The position numbers and the translations under genes are program-made. This document shows positions 60,011 through 64,000 of a stretch of 64,000 nt of DNA, in pieces; the stretch's first letter is position 1; each line of letters begins with the position of its first letter. Source of the stretch: Squalus acanthias (Eukaryota). The stretch is taken from NCBI GenBank assembly GCA_030390025.1, contig CM059429.1:16492001-16556000 (forward strand). Reading direction: 5' to 3'. Below the pieces are notes generated by a model. The model was not told where the DNA came from and made no database searches. It was given only the letters and a program-made list of their open reading frames with translations.

Positions 60011-60049
60011 GTCAGAAATCACTTTCAAGAGAACAAGAAAAAGCACTGA

Positions 60050-60492
60050 CATAAAAAACTGCGGAAGTCTGTAATAGGAACAGAAAATGCAGGAAAACAT
60101 TCAGCGGGTCGGGCAGCATCTGTGGAGAGAGAGAGACAGAGTTAACGTTTCAGGTCGATGACTTTTCGTCAGAACTGGAAGAAGTTAGAGATTACATAGT
60201 TGCAGAGAATTTACAGCACAGAAACAGGCCATTTGGCCCAATGCTGGTGTTTACACTCCACACGAGCCTCCTCCCACACCATCAGCATAACCTTCTATTC
60301 CTTTCTCCCTCATGTGTTTATCTAGCTTCCCTTAAATGCATCGATGCGATTCGCCTCAACTCCTCCTTGTGGTAGCGAGTTCCACATTCTAACCACTCTC
60401 TGGGTAAAGAGGTTTCTCCTAAATTCCCTGTTAGATTTATTAGTGACTATCTTATATTTATGGCCCCTAGATTATAACAGTTTTTAAGCAAC
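60050..60492 (-). mobile_element. Penelope-like terminus with hammerhead core, interrupted by a CR1 3' fragment (about 60192-60470)
   Basis: Homologous to 5460-5590; the - strand reads CTGACGA-AAAGTC-ATC-GACCT-GAAACGTTAAC. Confidence 0.7.
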
Positions 60493-60689
60493 GTTCACTT
60501 TTAAAACGTTCCATTCATATTTGTCAGGATGTTGAAACATTCCTGCCATTAAAATATATTAACAGCATCCAGTTAATAATGATCTGGTGGGATTAAAGGC
60601 AATATGAGAATTAAAATTAAATGTAACACAGACTTCCATATAGACTATCATTCACAAATCACATGCAGTGCTGTCTTGTGATGGGAAAC

Positions 60690-61430
60690 GTTGACCCGCC
60701 CCTTCTTATAATTGGTTCAAATAGTTACACATCCCGTCCAATAACAAGCTGAAGATCCATATATCGCTTGTTGATTGGTTCAGCCACCTGTCCATCAGCG
60801 TGGAACTGGCATTTATTGGTTACATTCGTTGGCAATCAAGAGGCGAGGGTCGGGCAGGCGATAAAACAATTTTTTCCTGTAATAAATTGCAATGCCGGTT
60901 GTAAATAATAAGAATAAAAAGTAAACCCATAGATTTTTTTAAATGATGGAGGTAAAATCCTGATGATGTAACATCTTCTGGTGACTGCTGCCAATGCAAC
61001 TGAGGACAGGGTCCCGCTTTAAGCTCTCTGCCTGCTGATTGGTTGGTCGCGCTATCAATCGCTGCGGCGATTAACCAATGAATTAAATGAACCGCCTTCT
61101 TCGCGCGCGTTACGTAACACGTCTTCCTGCCCTTGAGGCGAACGTCGCGGACGGGCGTGCGCACGCCCCAGTCGTTAGGCGCACGCGCACCTGTCGTTAG
61201 GGGCATTGCTCCGCCGTCCAGTAGGTGCCGAGCGAGCGGATGGATTGGTCTGCGATAGGAGGGCTGTTATTATGTACTTTGTTCATCATTTGTTTATCAA
61301 TAGTTAGTGGGAAGTACGAAGCAGGGAAGTTAGAGACAGACAAGGTAACTTTAAAGTGTTAATATTTAAATATGTGGTTTGGGTAACGGTTAGAGTCGCA
61401 GCCCTTGCTCTATTGGCTGTCACGTGATGC
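60690..61430. promoter_or_regulatory. CpG-island-like promoter cluster (distal HPS3 or divergent gene)
   Basis: Dense CpG 61040-61240, many CCAAT/ATTGG boxes, NRF1-like GCGTGCGC and GCGCACGCGC, TTACGTAA palindrome, GTCACGTGAT E-box 61419-61428. Confidence 0.6.
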
Positions 61431-61783
61431 CTTCTGGCCAAGTTGACCAAGGGATAACAACAACAACTTATATTTATATAGCGCCTTTAATGTAGTAAAA
61501 CGTCCCAAGGCACTTCACAGGAGTATTATAAGACAAAAAATATTGACACTGAGCCACATAAGGAGAAATTAGGGCAGGTGACCAAAAATATTGGACAAAA
61601 AGGTAGGTTTTAAGGAGTGTCGTAAAGGAGAAAAGAGTGGTGGAGAGGTTTAGGGAGGGAATTCCAGAGCCGAGGGCCTAGGCAACAGAAGGCACGGCCA
61701 CCAATAGTGGAGCGATTAGAATCAGGGATGCTCAAGAGGGCAGAATTAGAGGAGTGCAGATATCTTGGGGGGGATTGTGATGC

Positions 61784-63330
61784 TTTTTATTATTTGTTTA
61801 TGGGATGTGGGCGTCGCTGGCAAGGCCAGCATTTATTACCCATCCCTAATTGCCCTTGAGAAGGTGGTGGTGCGCCGCCTTGAACCGCTGCAGTCCGTGT
61901 GGTGAAGGTACTCCCACAGTGCTGTTAGGTAGGGAGTTCCAGGATTTTGACCCAGCGATGATAAAGGATCGGCGATATACTTCTAAGTCAGGATGGTGTG
62001 TGACTTGGATGGGAACTTGGAGGTGGTGGTGTTCCCATGCGCCTCCTGCCCTTGTCCTTCTAGGTGGAAGAGGTTGCGGGTTTGGGAGTTGCTGCCGAAG
62101 AAGCCTTGGCGAGTTGCTGCAGTGCATCTTGTAGATGGTACACACTGCAGCCACAGTATGCCGGTGGTGGAGGGAGTGAATGTTTAAGTTGGTGGGTGGG
62201 GTGCCAATCAAGTGGGCTGCTTTGTCCTGGATGGTGTTGAGCTTCTTGAGTGTTGTTGGAGCTGCACTCATCCAGGCAAGTGGAGAGTATTCCATCACAC
62301 TCCTTACTGTGCCTTGTAGATGGTGGAAAGGCTTTGGGGAGTCAGGAGGTGAGACACTTTCTGCAGAATACCTAGCCTCTAACCTGCTCTTGTTGCCACA
62401 GTATTTATGTGGCTAGTCCAATTAAGTTTCTGGTGACCCCCAGGATGTTGATGGTCCTCTTTTGTTTTGAACCAAATTAACTGTAAATTAACTGAAAATT
62501 AACAGAACTTTAAATAAAACTTATCAAATTAAATTATAATTACTTTGCCCGGGTTGACGATGCACTCCAGTCCCCGCAGTGCCCACCGGTCTCGGAAGGC
62601 CTCAAGTGTGCCGGTGGACACCGCGTGCTCCATCTCCAGCGCCACCCGGGCGCGAACATTGCCTGCCTCTCTTCCGCGGCTATCGGGCCGAACGACCCCC
62701 TCGACCGCCCGCTGCCTGGACCTGTTAATGGCCACTTTGGCCAGGCCCAGGAGCAGTCCTACAAGGAGGTCCTCCGACCCGCCCGCTCCCCTCTGCACCG
62801 GGTGACCGAAGATCAGGAGCGTGGGACTGAAGTGCAGCCAAAAATCGAGGAGCAGCCCCTTCAAATAATAGAACAGGGGCTGCAACCTTTCACATTCTAT
62901 GTAAACATGAAACACAGACTCCTCTAGGCCGCAAAAAAAGGATGTTGATGGTGGGGGATTCGGCGATGGTAATGCCGTTGAATGTCAAGGGGCGGTGATT
63001 AGACTCTCGCTTGTTGGAGATAGTCATTGCCCGGCACTTAAGTGGCAGGTAACATTCGCGCCACAGATCAGCCCAAGCCTGAACGTAGTCCTAGGTCTTG
63101 TTGCATGCGGGCATGGACTGCTTCATTATCTGAGGAGTTGTGACTGGCACTGAACACTGTGCAGTCATCAGCGAACATCCCCATTTCTGACCTTATGTTG
63201 GAGGGAAGGTCATTGATGAAGCAGCTGAAGATGGTTGGGCCTAGGACACTGCCCTGAGGAACTCCTGCAGCAATGTCCTGGGGCTGTGATGATTGACCTT
63301 CAACCACCACAACCATCTTCCTTTGTGCTA
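61784..63330 (-). mobile_element. KKAAHHH-type LINE (RT + 3' end) inserted in L2 and split by Tx1
   Basis: ORF 63068-63391 [19 protein letters not shown]; ORF 61846-62298 homologous to 1483-2058. Confidence 0.87.
62456..62938 (-). mobile_element. 5'-truncated Tx1/L1-clade retrotransposon
   Basis: ORF 62529-62915 (HVYIEC..LQPLF..FSPTLLIFG..LAKVAI) resembles a Tx1 ORF2 C-terminus; 14-bp TSD AGGATGTTGATGGT (62442-62455 / 62939-62952). Confidence 0.78.
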
Positions 63331-63764
63331 GGAGGCTGGAGGAGATTACAGAGATAGCGGGGGGCGAGGCCATGGAGGAATTTGAAAACAAAGATGAGAA
63401 TTTTGAAATGGAGGTGTTGTGTAACCGGGAGCCAGTGTAGGTCAGCGAGCACAGGGGTGATGGGTGAACGGGACTTTGTGTGAGTTAGGACATGGGCAGC
63501 TGAGATTTGGATGCCCTCAAGTTTACATAGGGTAGAATGTGGGAGGCCAGCCAGGAGTGCGTTGGAATAGTCAAATCTAGAGCTAACAAAGGCATGGATG
63601 AGAGTTTCAGCAGCGGATGAGCTGAGGCAGGGGCGGAGACGGACGATGGAATGGTGCTTATATCCCAGTTGAGGACTTAAGTGCTTGATTTTTGCTTTTT
63701 GTTTTAGGTAGAAGTTTGCAAGGAAGTATATACAGTCAACAACTGACCTATTTTATGTGTTATT

Positions 63765-64000
63765 AGAACATAAGAAATAGGAGCAGGAGTAGGCCATTCG
63801 GCCCTTCGAGCCTGCGCCGCCATTCAATGAGATCATGGCTCATCTTCTGCCTCAACTCCATTCACCGGCCCAATCGCCATATCCCTTGATGCCCTTACTA
63901 GTCAGAAATCTATCGACTTCTGTTTTGAATATACCCAATGACTGAGCCTCCACAGCCCTCTGGCGTAGAGAATTCCAAAGATTCACCACCCTCTGTGTGA
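63765..64000 (-). mobile_element. CR1 3' end (continues beyond the window)
   Basis: AGAACATAAGAAATAGGAGCAGGAGTAGGCCATTCGGCCC tail. Confidence 0.87.

Larger units (their letters stand above)
61457..63650 (-). mobile_element. L2 3' fragment split by nested insertions (61457-61783 and about 63330-63650)
   Basis: L2 sequence stops at ...GGGGATTGTGA and resumes ...GGCTGGAGGAGATTACAGAGATAG, contiguous in other L2 copies (cf. 50895-50935). Confidence 0.8.

Noticed and set aside
63690-63765. Possible + strand exon after TTTTGTTTTAG
   Set aside because: No recognisable protein similarity or clear donor; not supportable as a feature.

Overview
Eukaryotic (vertebrate) genomic DNA, most likely a shark or other elasmobranch; this is inferred from the repeat repertoire (HE1/V-SINE, Deu-domain SINE, abundant CR1/L2 LINEs, Penelope-like termini). 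It holds two convergent spliced genes. The first is the 3' part of ceruloplasmin (CP, + strand, 8 exons traced from 1252 to a stop at 16557, all visible copper ligands intact). The second is the complete coding region of HPS3 (BLOC-2 subunit, - strand, 17 coding exons, ATG 59296 to TGA 19866, 3036 nt, 1011 aa, all GT-AG with consistent phases). Two CCAAT/CpG-rich promoter-like clusters lie upstream of HPS3, and the distal one may serve a divergent gene outside the window. Most of the remainder is transposon-derived. The most notable observations are: a candidate alternative hydrophobic (GPI-signal-like) last exon of CP; TSD-flanked Penelope-like termini with minimal hammerhead ribozyme cores, one as a self-inverted pair; two deeply nested transposon stacks; two CR1 copies sharing the same RT frameshift; an inverted MITE pair bracketing HPS3 exon 13; and a minisatellite at an HPS3 branch-point region. 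There is no CRISPR array or prokaryotic-type system. All calls are from manual reading, with no database search; repeat boundaries are approximate unless TSDs or TIRs are given.
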